DNA from: Chiloscyllium plagiosum
Taxonomy: Eukaryota
Assembly: GCF_004010195.1 (NCBI RefSeq)
Contig: NC_057733.1
Span: 44,024,403-44,088,402 of the forward strand
DNA length: 64,000 nt
Direction: 5' to 3'
In this document: piece by piece, positions 52,084-63,806 of the stretch
How the letters are laid out: each line of letters opens with the position of its first letter
Position numbering within the stretch: position 1 is the first letter of the stretch
The notes under the pieces: model-generated
The model's database searches: none
What the model was told of the DNA's origin: nothing
The model's input: only the letters and a program-made list of their open reading frames with translations
Position numbers and translations under genes: made by a program

Positions 52084-53117
52084 AACACAAATTCCCAGCT
52101 CAGCGAACAGAACCACAACAATGAGCACCCGAGCTACAAATCTTCTCACAAACTTTGAATGCAGAGACTCAAACAAACAGCTCTGTCAACCAGCCAACCC
52201 AAACATTGGGTCCGCGACGTGGATGACACCTTTGTCATCACTAAACAAAACAAATTAGAGGAAACCTTCACGACCATCAAAGCTGAGCTGCTGTTGGTGG
52301 ATCTTTGTGTTCGCTTCGGTCAAACATCAATTCGGTGTCCAGTCAACTAGAGCTAAGAACACTGTAAGCACCTGCACTTCAGGTCAGGGTGTCTGGAACA
52401 CTGTCAGGGTTCTGTGAAGAAAGTGAAGGATGGCACGCCAGTCGTTTGGACTCTTTTTTGCAGAGGGTCCTCGTGTATTGCTGCAGGTTCTAAGTGGCAG
52501 AGCACCAGGGTGGGGGCGGGAAGGAAGAAAAGTGCACCCCCAACCTGAAGATGCTGGAATCACAAGGAGCTCGGTGGAACCCCACCTCCTGACTTTGGGA
52601 ACCACAAGGTACCCAGCATAGCAAAGCCCATACCACAGGAGCTCACCTAGAGACAGGACCAGGTTTAAACTTTTATTACAGTGGGGTGATCTAAAAATGC
52701 TAACATGGGTATCAAAATTGCCAGCATAAATGTGTATTGTCTAAAAGCCAATGTGATGTGTCTCCATGTTGGCTTACCTGGACCTCCTGTTTCTACAGGA
52801 GTGCAGGACACCGTGCCTCAGCAGCAACATGAAATGGTTGAGCTTGTGGGTCTATGGGTCTTGGATTTGGTTGGGGGAGGGGGGAAGTAATGATGGCCTT
52901 CATACTGGCCTGAGTATTTTGCAGCCAGGACGCAACTTCCCCAATTCTGAAGTTAAACATGGTGGGTAGACTTCATGTACATTAACAGTTCCCTGAGACT
53001 AATTAACATGTACGGCCCAGGAGTAAAGAGTGAGGAGCTGGCCATCCTTCAGCAGCTCCCACTGCTGCTGGCAACATCCAGGCTGGTCATTCTGGCCAAT
53101 GATTTCAATGCCATCAT

Positions 53118-54095
53118 TGGATTGTCCAATATATGTTAATGATATAGAAGATGGTATTAGTAATAACATTAGCAAATTTGCTGATGATATTAAGCTAGGT
53201 GGCAGGGTGAAATGTGAGGAGGATGTTAGGAGATTACAGGGTGACCTGGACAGGTTAGGTGAGTGGTCAGATGCATGGCAGATGCAGTTTAATGTGGATA
53301 AATATATGGTTTCCACTTTGGTGGCAAGAACAGGAAGATGGATTACTACCTAAATGGAATCAATTTAGGTAAAGGGGCAGTACAGAGAGATCTGGGTGTT
53401 CTTGTACACCAGTCAATAAAGGTAAGCATGCAAGTACAGCAGGTAGTGAAGAAGACTAATAGCATGCTGGCCTTCATAACAAGAGGGACTAGTATAGAAG
53501 CAAAGAGGTTCTGCAGCTGTACAGCCCCCTGGTGAGACCACACCTGGAGTACTGTGTGCAGTTCTGGTCTCCAAATTTGAAGAAAGACATTCTGGCTATT
53601 GAGGGAGTGCAGCATAGGTTCACGAGGTCAATTCCTGGAATGGTAAGACTACCTTACGCTGAAAGACTGGAGCGACTAGGCTTGTATACCCTTGAGTTTA
53701 GAAGACTGAGAGGGGATCTGATTGAGACATAAGATTATTAAAGGATTGGACACTCTGGAGGCAGGAAACATGTTTCTGCTGATGGGTGAGTGCCAAACCA
53801 GAGGACACAGCTTAAAAATACGGGGTAGACCATTTAGGACAGAGATGAGGAGAAACTTCTTTACCCAGAGAGTGGTGGCTGTGTGGAATGCTCTGCCCCA
53901 GAGGGCAGTGGAGGCCCAGTCTCTGGATTCATTTTAAGAAAGAGTTGGATAGAGCTCTCAAGGATAATGGAATCAAGGGTTATGGAGATAAGGCAGGAAC
54001 AGGATACTGATTAAGGATGATCAGCCATGATCATATTGAATGGTGGTGCAGGCTCGAAGGGCAGAATGGCCTACTCCTGCACTTATTGTCTATTG
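53118..54095 (+). mobile_element. CR1 LINE 3' portion nested in Tx1
   Basis: [46 protein letters not shown] occurs at both ends. Confidence 0.88.
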
Positions 54096-54591
54096 TCCAG
54101 CTACATCAGAGGAGCTGACAGCAAACTGGATGCAACATTCAGATTTGTGATGGAAACGGTAAAACATGCCAAGCTGCACAATATCTTCAGCACCCCTGCA
54201 GACAGAGGGCTGTGAAGTATACCTGATCAGGGTCAGACAGATATACCCACCGCAGGAGAGATTCTCTAATTGTGTCTTGAGCATTCTCTAGATCAAGCTG
54301 GTGGTGTTATCTGACCACTACCTCCTGCTGGCAGACTGTCCTTATAGGATGACCAGGGAGCTGGCAAGGGAACATGGAATCTGATTGTGAAACTGTTGAT
54401 CCTAGAACACATGCAGGAACTCTAAAGAGATTTACATAGGTTGGAGAACTATGAAACCCCTCTGGATCTCCAGCGGACTGGTGGGAAACAGTCAATGGCA
54501 ACATTGAGGTTCATCATCCTCAAAAGGTGCTCAGAAGGCGAGACAAAGGTGAGGAAAACTGTCGAAATGCCAGAAAAGCATGCAGAACCTA

Positions 54592-54908
54592 TTAGGTTAG
54601 ATTACTTAGTGTGGAAACAGTCCCTTCGGCCCAACAAGTTCACACCGACCCGCCGAAGCACAACCCACCCAGACAAATTCCCTTACATTTACCCCTTCAC
54701 CTAACACTTCGGGCAATTCAGCATGGCCAATTGACCTAACCTGCACATTTTTGGACTGTGGGAGGAAACTGGAGCACCCGGAGGAAACCCATGCATACAC
54801 GGAGAGAATGTGCAAACTCCACACAGTCAGTCGCCTGAGGTGGGAATTGAACCTAGGTCTTTGGTATTGTGAGGCAGCAGTGCTAACCACTGTGCCACCA
54901 TGCTGCCC
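54592..54908 (-). mobile_element. tRNA-derived shark SINE (HE1-like), full length
   Basis: Same family as 15736-16033, with a short CTATT duplication. Confidence 0.82.
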
Positions 54909-56151
54909 ACTATTCCTGCTGCAGATGATCAGGGTCAATAGCAAAGAGGATCTTCAGGAGATGAAGTGCCAGCAAGTCTTGCTCTTTGTCTCAGAAGCCT
55001 CTTCTGGTCCAGGGTCTGTTCTATTGAGTAGGATGAGACATTTGTTTTTCCAGAAGATGCACAGGAGAGCTCTTGTGATCAGCATCCTGAAGAAAGAAGG
55101 TGGCTCAGGAATGTCATCTTAGTCTGACATCTTGAGGATCAGCCAGATTGTATGACACAAAGTCCACAGATAGCACAACCTGTCAGTCATCCCTGCCTTC
55201 TATCAGGAGGGGTTTTAGATGACAGTACACCAGACAGGCTGGACCAGCCATTATCTCTGGATGAGCTGACTAAGGCTTTCAAATCCTTTGAAAAGAATAA
55301 AACTCCTGAATGCAATGGCTTAGTAGCCGAGTTGTATTCAGCTCTGTGGGACTTGATAGGCCAGGACCTGCTGGAGGTGAGTGAGTGTATACTTCTGGCA
55401 GGTGGCATGTGCAAATCCATAAGGAAGAATATCATTACCGTCATTTACAAGCAGAAGGGGAAAAGAGGGAGAAAATTAAGAACTGGTGACCAATTTCACT
55501 GTTGAAGGTGCGGATTACAAAATCCTGTCTAAGGTCATCACCAAACAGGTCAGATCTGCGAAGGGATCAGTGATTCACACCAATCAATCCTGCGCTGTAC
55601 TTGGTCAGAAGATCTCAGAGAGCCTCACGCCCCTCAGGGATATGATCATCTATGTGCAGGCCAGGGGGTGGACAACTGCCTTAAGCCTGGACTAGGTGAA
55701 GGCCTTTGATAGGATATTGCATACCCCATGTGGGATATGCTGTCCAAAATGGGTTTTGGGGAGGAAATCCGCAATTGGATCCAACAGGTCTGCAGCAACA
55801 TCAGTAGTGCAGTCTCAATCAATGGTATCAAAGTTTCCTGATCAGATTTAGAGTGTGGCAGGACTGCCTACTCCCTCCTGCCTTGTTTGTGTGTTACATA
55901 GGACCTTTTACAGGAAGGATGCAAACCCGAGTGGAATAATTATTACAGATGGTGGAGGCCAACAAGATCAAAGCTTCCCTGTACATAGATGATGTCGCTG
56001 TTTTCTGCTCAGATTCATTGTGCACAACTCATGGGCATGTCCGAACAGCTTAAACTGGCCTTGGGAGCTAAGATAAATCAAATCAGCAGTAAGGTGATAT
56101 TATTTGGGAATTGGGCTGACTGATCCTTTATCCCCTTCACTGTCAAATTAT

Positions 56152-56282
56152 GATTTGGAGGTGCCGGTGTTGGACTGGGGTGTACAAAGTTAAAAATCTC
56201 ACAACACCAGGTTACAGTCCAGCAGGTTTAATTGGGAGCACACTAGCTTTCGGAGCGTCACTCCTTCATCAGGTGATAGTGA
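56152..56282 (-). mobile_element. Short Penelope-derived repeat (third family) containing a hammerhead motif
   Basis: Reverse-complement copy of the 30.3 kb repeat, inserted in the Tx1 element. Confidence 0.7.
56241..56275 (-). ncRNA. Minimal type-I hammerhead ribozyme motif (AGCT helix III, CTA site)
   Basis: The minus strand reads CAC-CTGATGA-AGGAGT-GAC-GCTCC-GAAAGCTA-GTG. Confidence 0.72.
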
Positions 56283-56797
56283 CAGTGTCACTCCGATTGC
56301 ATTAAAGCTTGGGGCAGCTGCCGCGAAGGAACAGTGGGAAAACACTACTGTCTAAGGGTCTTTCTGCCAACGTATAAGAGTCCATTAAGCTCTCAGACAC
56401 GGTCATTGCTTCAAATGAATCTAAATTGTTTCCCACATGAGTAGACAATGCAATTGCAGGGAAGCTCTGAGGAATGTCAAATTCCAATTTGTTGTTTGTT
56501 TCTCTCTGTAAAGACTGTACAGAACTGTTTTAATACCTTTTGGATGTAATTATAGTTTTTTTATGCATAAAGTATATTTTTGCAAAAAGAACCTATGTCG
56601 TCTCACTTTATAGCTGAATCACTCCAACCTAGGAAATGTCATTGACAATTTTAATGAATTGGAAACAAAAAAAATGAACATCCTAGTGTGCCTCCCTCCT
56701 ATCGAAGTGAGGTGACCAGAACTGCCCAAGGTATATATTCCCACGACAACGTAATGCAGAATAGAGAGTGAAGGTCAAACACGGAAACAACACTCAC

Positions 56798-56845
56798 TGC
56801 ACCCGGCACCTTCCAGCGGGAGCACAACCGGCAGAGTGCAATCAT
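56798..56845 (-). CDS. OXLD1: OXLD1 coding exon 1 (MIALCRLCSRWKVPGA), start of a probable mitochondrial presequence
   Basis: ATG at 56845-56843, 16 codons, donor GTGAGT (56797-56792), phase 0 matching exon 2. It lies in the CpG island head-to-head with CCDC137, as in mammals. Confidence 0.78.
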
Positions 56846-57118
56846 GGACCCAGTCCGACAGACCAGCTACAACCACCACCGGTCCGAGTGAACACACGGA
56901 GCAGCTGCAGGCCCAACCTCAGGCTTGGGCCTAGCAACCCGCTGCCTAGTAACGGAATCCCGCCCATCCGCATGTGATTGACAGCCGTCCTCGCCCAATC
57001 CGCTCGCCACGTCGCGGGGGGGGGTGGGAACGCGGCCGAGGGCCGGCCAATCGGAAAGCAGGTGAAAGGTCGCGCTCTAGGCCTCAGCACGTGAGTGTGA
57101 GGAGGGAGCTGCTCAGCG

Positions 57119-57228
57119 ATGGGGAAGCGTCCGGAAGGGAAAAGGAAAAAGAAAAATGTCGGTCGCAGAGATTCAGACCACGGGAAGGAGCAGCGGGATA
57201 GATCCGGGAAGAGGAACAGAAGGATGGG
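57119..57228 (+). CDS. CCDC137: Coiled-coil domain-containing protein 137, coding exon 1
   Basis: ATG at 57119, basic K/R-rich peptide. Donor GG|GTGGGT gives phase 2, which exon 2 requires. Confidence 0.78.
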
Positions 57229-58104
57229 GTGGGTGAGGGACGAGGCCCTGGTTCATGGGAGAGACACAGACACGCATTGCCCGTCTTCCATGACTCCTCG
57301 GCCGGGCGCATTCAGTCCCACTGGTGTCCTAACCCCTCAGACCAAATGACAAATTATCTGCTTGCTTAACACATTGCTGCGCACAGCATTAAAAAGATAT
57401 CACACTCGCGGTGTGGTAATGTTCAAGGCTCTTGGCCTAAAGGTGGAAAGAGGGATGAGTGTAGATTTCGTGGTATTTTGGCAGTAGAGATTCAATGGGC
57501 ATTTTCCATATTCTGTGCATATTGGGATCTTGAATGGGCTCTCACGTTTTCTATATTACAGCAATGAGTCTACCACTTTGACTGTAAAATGTTTTAGGGA
57601 TGTCCTGAATTCATAGATATGATTATGAGACTTAAACAAAATTTATAATGTTCTCCATTGCGATTTCAAGTCAGTTAACTCTACTAAACTTACCCTGGTA
57701 TCTTAACCCACTCGGTTATTGGTCAGGGAGGTGGGGGTGTTGTCACGGTTTAATTTGTTAAGGTTGAAAGTTGGACGCTCAGTCCTTTACAGGTCTCTGA
57801 AGGTAGAGGTTTTAAGTGTACCATATGTATTAGTATTTAAAGTATGGGAGATAAAATTTAATTGAGCCTCTGTTTTGCAGTTGCACATATGATATGAAGT
57901 CAAGGTTGTGCTACTTGAGATGAAACAGAATGTACATTAAACTTGTAGTTATGGGTATGTGTTTTATTGATTAATAAAAATGTGATACATATGAAACAAC
58001 AGATAGGGTTAGCTCAGTTAGCTGGAAACTTGGTTTATGAAACAGTATGACACTGACTGCATGGTTTGAATCCATGTTATGATGAAGGACTTCCCTTCAC
58101 ACAT

Positions 58105-58632
58105 TTGGGGCACTATGTTCAGTTCTGGTTGCTCTGCTATAGGAAAGATGTCATTAAACTGGAAAGGGTGCAAAAAAAATGTACTCTGATCTTACCAAGG
58201 TTTGAGTTATAAGGAGAAGCTGGAAAGGCTTTTTTCCCTAGCTGAGAGGTGACTTTTATAGAGGTTTATAAAGTCATGAGGGGCATAGATAAGATGAATA
58301 GCCGAGGTATTTTCCCCCAGGATAAAGAAATGCAAAACTAGACAACATAGGCTTAAGGTGAGAGAGGAAAAGTTTAAGACGGTCCAAAAGGGCAGGTTTG
58401 TTTTCGCACACCTGGTGCTGTGTATATAGAACATGCTACCAGAAGAAGTGGTCAAAGTGGGTATAATTACAACATTTAAAAGACATTTAGGCAGGTACAT
58501 GGATAGAAAAGGTTTAGAGCAATATGGGCCAAACACAGGCAAATTGGATGAGTTCATTTTAGGAAACCTGGTCAGCATGGATGAGTTGGGGCAACGGATT
58601 TGTTTCTGTGCTGTATGACTTTATGACTCTAT
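58105..58632 (+). mobile_element. CR1 3' fragment in CCDC137 intron 1
   Basis: LPEEVVKVGIITTFKRHL and a tail. Confidence 0.82.
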
Positions 58633-59404
58633 CTCCCCGTAACCTGGGCGATAGTGAGGTTAATCCACCGTCAGGCTTGTTTTTCTAATAAGAAAGCACA
58701 CCCACAATCTGATAAAACCTATGTCAACTTTATTTATTCACGAAACCTCTCATAATGCCAAATGCCATACTTAAATTATATTTTTAGCTTTTCTTGTGAG
58801 CATTTTTAAGTTAAAACATAATGTTCAATAATCCAAGTATTGCCAGAAGTCTATTTCTGTAAATAAGTTGTCTTCTGTTTACTTTTTGTATTAGCTTTAG
58901 ATGATAAACTTGTATGCCGCCTGATGAAATGAACTAAGATAAATTTTCTTCTCAACGACTATTTACATGCAGAGAGAATACTTTATCTACACCGAGCTGC
59001 ACTTGAACTGTTCTGCAAAGCTTTAATTCAACAGGGGATTTTACATCTGTTTTCCTTTTTATCTTAAGTGGGAATGGCTAGGTTGTTAACATAATTGAAT
59101 GTAGAGTCCAGTAATCAATCAATTCTAAGCTCCATGAAGTCCTGTCCCTCAAATCAAGTAACAACTATTAGAGGCTTTTAATACCTTGGTACAGGTTTTT
59201 TAATAGACACAATTTGTAATATACAGCAGTAATATTATTAAGTTCTTGTGATTGTCCAGCATATGTTGTGTTTATTTCATGTGGGGTTTGGAGGCGGGTC
59301 ACAGATTTAAGTTGTGAACAGAACTTGGAGGACAAAGAACGTGAGAAGAGAGAAACATTTAACAATTCTGAATGACTCAGTTTAGGCAGTATTGAAAAGG
59401 AACA

Positions 59405-60625
59405 ATGTTTAGGAACAAGAGTCGGTCATTCAGCCCACTGAACCTGTTCTGCCATGTAATATGGTCATGACTGATCAAACACTTTTAAATTTTACAGATT
59501 CAAACCCTCTCAGTAAAAACAATTCTCATCTTGGTTGAAAGTGACATCCTTTTTCTTAAATTATGCCTTCTGGTTCTAGACTGTTTAACCAAGTGAAGCA
59601 TCTGCATCTACCTTGTCTATTCCTTGAGTTTTTTGAGAATGCCTTTCATTCTTCAAAATTCTTGAGAATAGAGGCCCCTTTTCATAAGACATTCCTGCCA
59701 TCACAACAAGAAATCTGGTGAACCTTCATTGCTGTCCCTCTATGATAAAGAATCCTTTGAGGTGCATACCGAAACTGCACATTATTCTATAGGTACAGTC
59801 TAAAGAAGCACCTTTACAATTGAAGCAGATGTCCTGCAACAAAAGGTAACATTCCATGAGCCCTAATAGCTTGTTGCACATGTATGTTAATCTTCAATGA
59901 CTTATTAACAAGGACATTTAGGTCCTTTTGTCCATTTACAGTTTCTAACCTCTTACCATTTGAGAAATACTCTGCACATCTGTTTCTCCTACTGAAGCAG
60001 ATAACCTCCCACTTTTCCACATTATATTCTTTCTGTTATGTTCTTGCCCATTCACTAAGCTTATCCACATTCTCAAACCGCTGTACATCTTCCTCGCTAC
60101 ACACATGTTGACTTGGCATTGTATCATCTGTAAAACTGGAAATATTACATTTGGTCCACACCTCTAAATCATTGATATAAATTGTGATCAGGTGAGGTCT
60201 TGCAGTACCCCACTAATCACCGTCTGCCAAAGTGAGGATGACCCATTTATTTCTACTATTTTCTGCATATTAGCCAATCCTTAATCAGTGCCAGTACCTT
60301 ATCTCCTATGCTGCATGTTTTAATTTTGCTAACCAACATCCTGTCGGGACCTTATCAAAGGCCTTCTAAAAATCCAAGTAAATGACATCCATTGACTCCC
60401 CTTCATCAAAGTAAGTAACAAGTAATATTGTGAGCAACATCCTTCAAAAACTGAAACAAGTTTGTCAAACATGTTTGTAGATCCATGCTGACTCTGCCCA
60501 ATGAGATAATTATCTAAGTGCCCATTTATCACATCCTTTAAGATATATTGAGCATATTTTCCTTATTATTAATCTAAGGCTAGCAGGTCTGTAGTTCCCT
60601 GTTTTTTCACCAGCTCCTTTCTTAA
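59405..60625 (-). mobile_element. Old CR1 in CCDC137 intron 1
   Basis: LDF.KAFDK, FTDDT and KDLNVLV-like segments. Confidence 0.72.
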
Positions 60626-60861
60626 ACAATTTGTGGATAAATACTGAATGTGAAGCAAAATAATGCATAATAAAATGTGGAGTTTAATGTATCAGTGTTT
60701 TATCATTGTAGTTTTTAGAGTGAACATTTGAAAATGGGTAGAAAGTTAATTTCAGGATACTTTTGTGTTTTACAGTCCTAATATGTGGTAATTTATTTAA
60801 TTATGTAAGATTTAGACAATCTTAAAGATTATTTGACAATACTGCACTTATAACTTCACAG

Positions 60862-60989
60862 TGAACTGAAGAAAAATGACATGAAGCCCAAAAATATTGA
60901 TGAACAGGAAATTCCATACAAAGTCCGTGAGATAATGAGGTCTCAGGAGAAAATGAAGAAGCAGCTGAATAAGCAGAAGAGAAAGACTG
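60862..60989 (+). CDS. CCDC137: CCDC137 coding exon 2 (ELKKNDMKPKNIDEQEIPYKVREIMRSQEKMKKQLNKQKRKT)
   Basis: Acceptor ttcacAG, donor GTaaag. KPKN.DEQEIP...REIMRS is the conserved CCDC137 motif. Confidence 0.92.
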
Positions 60990-62478
60990 GTAAAGTAGTC
61001 AGCCTGACATTGTTTCTTTAGAAGTTAACTGCTCATCTGACAATAGTTGCCCTAAAACTGGATTACAGTGTTATTATAGAACCTGTAGAACCTGTTCAGA
61101 CTTGATGCAATGCATTCTTATTCAGGCAATGTCCAGGCAGATAGGACAAATCCCATTCATCGAACTTAAAGTAAGAAGATATTGCTGTTGTGTCAGGACA
61201 AATCTCACAGGCTACTGGATTTGTGCTGGTTTCTTTTATCCCTTCAAAGGGTGGAGTGACACAAGCAGTCAGTGGTCAGTTTGAGGTAAAACTATGTCCA
61301 GAAAAGACAACGTTTTGAAGTAAAAAACTAAGCAAAGTTTAGAAGTGGGGAGAGAAGCCTTTATAGTCCAGCTGGATTTGAACTATTTGGGAGTGCTGCT
61401 GAAGCAGTTTATTCTATACATTTTTGATCAATTTTTAAAAATGCAATATATTTCATTTAACTAGGAAATAAAGTAACTTAGTCAAAGACCTCGGTTCATT
61501 CAATCAATGTGAATAAAGTTATTTGTACTTGTACTCGATTTATTTCTGTTGCGAGTGGAAATACAGCTTGATTGTATTTTGGTTAAAACAAAATCATTTA
61601 TGTTTATTTTATTATCTCAGAAAATATCCAGGACTAAAATATGAAAAGCATGGAAGCCATTTTCTGATTTATGTTATCCTCCTGCTTCTGAGCTCCCTAA
61701 GCATAGCTGATTCAACATTTGGTGGCAATGATAGCTGTTTATAACATACAAATCAGAACAAATGCTTACATTATATATAATTGATAAATTTGCAAGAGGG
61801 AGCAAAACAAATTCTGTACATAATATTTTACTTGTTAAAGTGAACCATAAGACACTATAACAGGGTTAACATTGAAGTTCTAAATTTTCCTTTTGACTTC
61901 ATATTGTGATGCACCTATGGAATCAACAGCTTAGCTGTTTAAAGGCTGCAAATTATATTTAGTTATAGTTATTTAACTATAGATGCGCATTTTGGCCTTT
62001 GGAAGTTTTCTATGCATAAGATTTTTCTTTTGTCCTAGCTTTTGCCCATATACTTTGAGTTCCAGCAACCCGATGCTTCCTTGCTCAAGCTATCATTCTT
62101 CACAGGTGAGCTGTACAGAAAGTCTCCAAGTTCTCAGCACCTTCATCTAGGAGATGATATGAAATTGAATGCGGCTGCATTAAGTTTAGGTGGGCTGGCA
62201 TTGTCCTTGCCTTTTTTTTAAGCATGGCGGATATTACAGCCATGTTTCAAGTGCTTTGTGAGCATATGAGTAAGAATCTTCTCTGGGAAGTCTGCCTAAA
62301 AATATTTTACCAAGAGTTGTCATTTAGTTACTGTTGCATTTTCACGGCCACATCCTAGGTCTCTTTCTGCGTTGGCCAAAGTGACCTATTCTTATGGAGA
62401 AAACGCAAACAACTTTCAATTTGGATTATTTTATGAATGTAAAGATAACAGTAAATTAATTTTTGTTTCAATATGAAG

Positions 62479-62713
62479 AAAAGCCAAAGAGAAAACCTAC
62501 ATCAATGGCTAAAGATCTCCATGGAGACATACCAGTTCCAAAGTTTAAGAGGCGCAAACGAGAATCCGAGAGAGCCTATATTCAGCGCATGGAGGAGGAA
62601 ACTCAACATGTGATGTTTATGACCAAAAATCAACTGGCTCGTTGTCCTGAGTTAGAGACCGAGAAGGAAGAACAGACAAGCGGTGTGAAATCAAAGTCTG
62701 AGAAAAAGAAAGA
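62479..62713 (+). CDS. CCDC137: CCDC137 coding exon 3 (...DIPVPKFKRRKRESERAYIQRMEEETQHVMFMTKNQ...)
   Basis: Conserved DI.VPKFK.RK.ES..AYI.RM motif. Phase-1 acceptor atgaAG (weak, so the start is less certain). Donor GA|GTATGT. Confidence 0.88.
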
Positions 62714-63723
62714 GTATGTTCCATTATCTGTGTATTTATGGTACTATATCTAATGGGGAACCTGACATTGTTGATAACTGCAATTACAATATTTTTCCCT
62801 TTGCTGAATATATAGCAGGGTGGAAAGGAAGGTGAATCTAATAAGGTCACTATATATAATACGCACACAGCTGGACTATACCTCTGTATTGTTTGCCCAT
62901 TGATCACAGCTTTTAACACAAAAAGATAATCTGTTTACTTTGGAGAAGCAACCTGTTTATTCATATGTATTTGGTAATGCTTCCTTTATTCAATCCTTTT
63001 TATTAAGTAAGCTTAAACACCCAGATACGTATAAAGTGTTCTGCACCTTATCAACAGATGACAGATTCATAACATCTAATTACAAACCAACCTCAAAAAC
63101 AATGCTGAAGCATTCATCACAGACAATATTATCCAAATATTAATGGACAGAAGCTGATCTTGTTCTTCTTCCCACCTTGAGCTGGTGGACTGTTCCAGAG
63201 AACTTCAATAACCAGCCCAGTAGCCAGTTTTTTTAGCATCAAGATACTTATCCATGTTACCTGTTTAATAACTGGGATTTCCTCTGCTGTATGCAAGCCC
63301 CATCAAAATGAAAAAAAACTGCAGATAAGCTGCAGGATTTTCTTTCGGTACAAATGTTGAATACTTATTGATATTGCTCATCTTTAAGAATTACAGCTGA
63401 CATTTCATTCATCTGCACTGGCTTAACATTCAAGTCCGGTGAGTGAAAGAACCACATGATTAACTCTCTGCATTCATCATGACATCTGTCCTCATCATCT
63501 TTGCAGGATAACTATGTAGACATTCGATCTGTGGTAGTCTTGCTGAATGAGCACCAAGCCAGAACACATGATTGCCTTTTTTTTTGAAGAAAACTAGTGA
63601 GTGTGGTAACAGAAGATATTTATGGAACCAACATTGTGTGAAACAAGTGATTAAGATGTTTTAAAATCCTTTTAGTTTGGGAAGTTATACATTTGTTAGT
63701 TAATTTTGGTTTGTATCAAATAG

Positions 63724-63806
63724 GTCTGACAAGAAACGGTTGGCAAAGTTTATTAAAAAGAGAGCTGAAAGAAAAATGATGAAATTGGAGAAAGAAATAT
63801 TTACAG
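63724..63806 (+). CDS. CCDC137: CCDC137 coding exon 4 (SDKKRLAKFIKKRAERKMMKLEKEIFT)
   Basis: Acceptor aaatAG, 83 nt, donor CAG|GTAAGT. The phase fits exon 3, and the peptide is a basic coiled coil. Confidence 0.87.

Larger units (their letters stand above)
50947..52157 (+). mobile_element. Young Penelope-like element (Poseidon-type) with an inverted partial terminal repeat
   Basis: 12-bp TSD AATGCAGAGACT (50935-50946, 52158-52169). WVRYVDDTF, LPFLDV, and NVVYEIPC..C...YIGQTGR (GIY-YIG). 50947-51024 is an inverted copy of about 52042-52119. Confidence 0.9.
49736..52280 (-). mobile_element. Older Poseidon-type Penelope element with a 5' inversion (3' body on minus 49736-50597; inverted RT part on plus about 50600-50946 and 52170-52280)
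   Basis: Minus-strand ORFs NHPNTHKRSCIRTLF and NVIYTIPCKNCNKHYVGQTGR. The plus-strand RT piece ends at ...DDTFVITKQNKLEETFTTI, which is where the minus body starts (KTINNIL). Confidence 0.8.
52300..56590 (+). mobile_element. Degraded Tx1/L1-clade LINE with nested CR1, SINE and Penelope-derived insertions
   Basis: ORF2 start MGIKIASINV...LDLLFLQE (APE endonuclease), LSLDELTKA, ADYKILSKVI, KAFDR, LYIDD, C-terminal LKLGAAAAKEQWE, and an A-rich 3' end near 56565-56590. Confidence 0.82.
56790..57320. promoter_or_regulatory. CpG-island bidirectional promoter shared by OXLD1 and CCDC137
   Basis: Sharp rise in GC and CpG. The divergent ATGs are 274 bp apart. CCAAT boxes at 56995-56999 and 57047-57051, a G-rich GC box near 57014-57028, and an E-box CACGTG at 57088-57093. 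Confidence 0.82.

Noticed and set aside
56995-57011. ER-stress element CCAAT-N9-CCACG in the bidirectional promoter
   Set aside because: The spacer is 7 nt, not the required 9.
58918-58950. CTGATGA at 58921 (and at 49405) as a hammerhead
   Set aside because: No stem II followed by GAAA and an NUH site.
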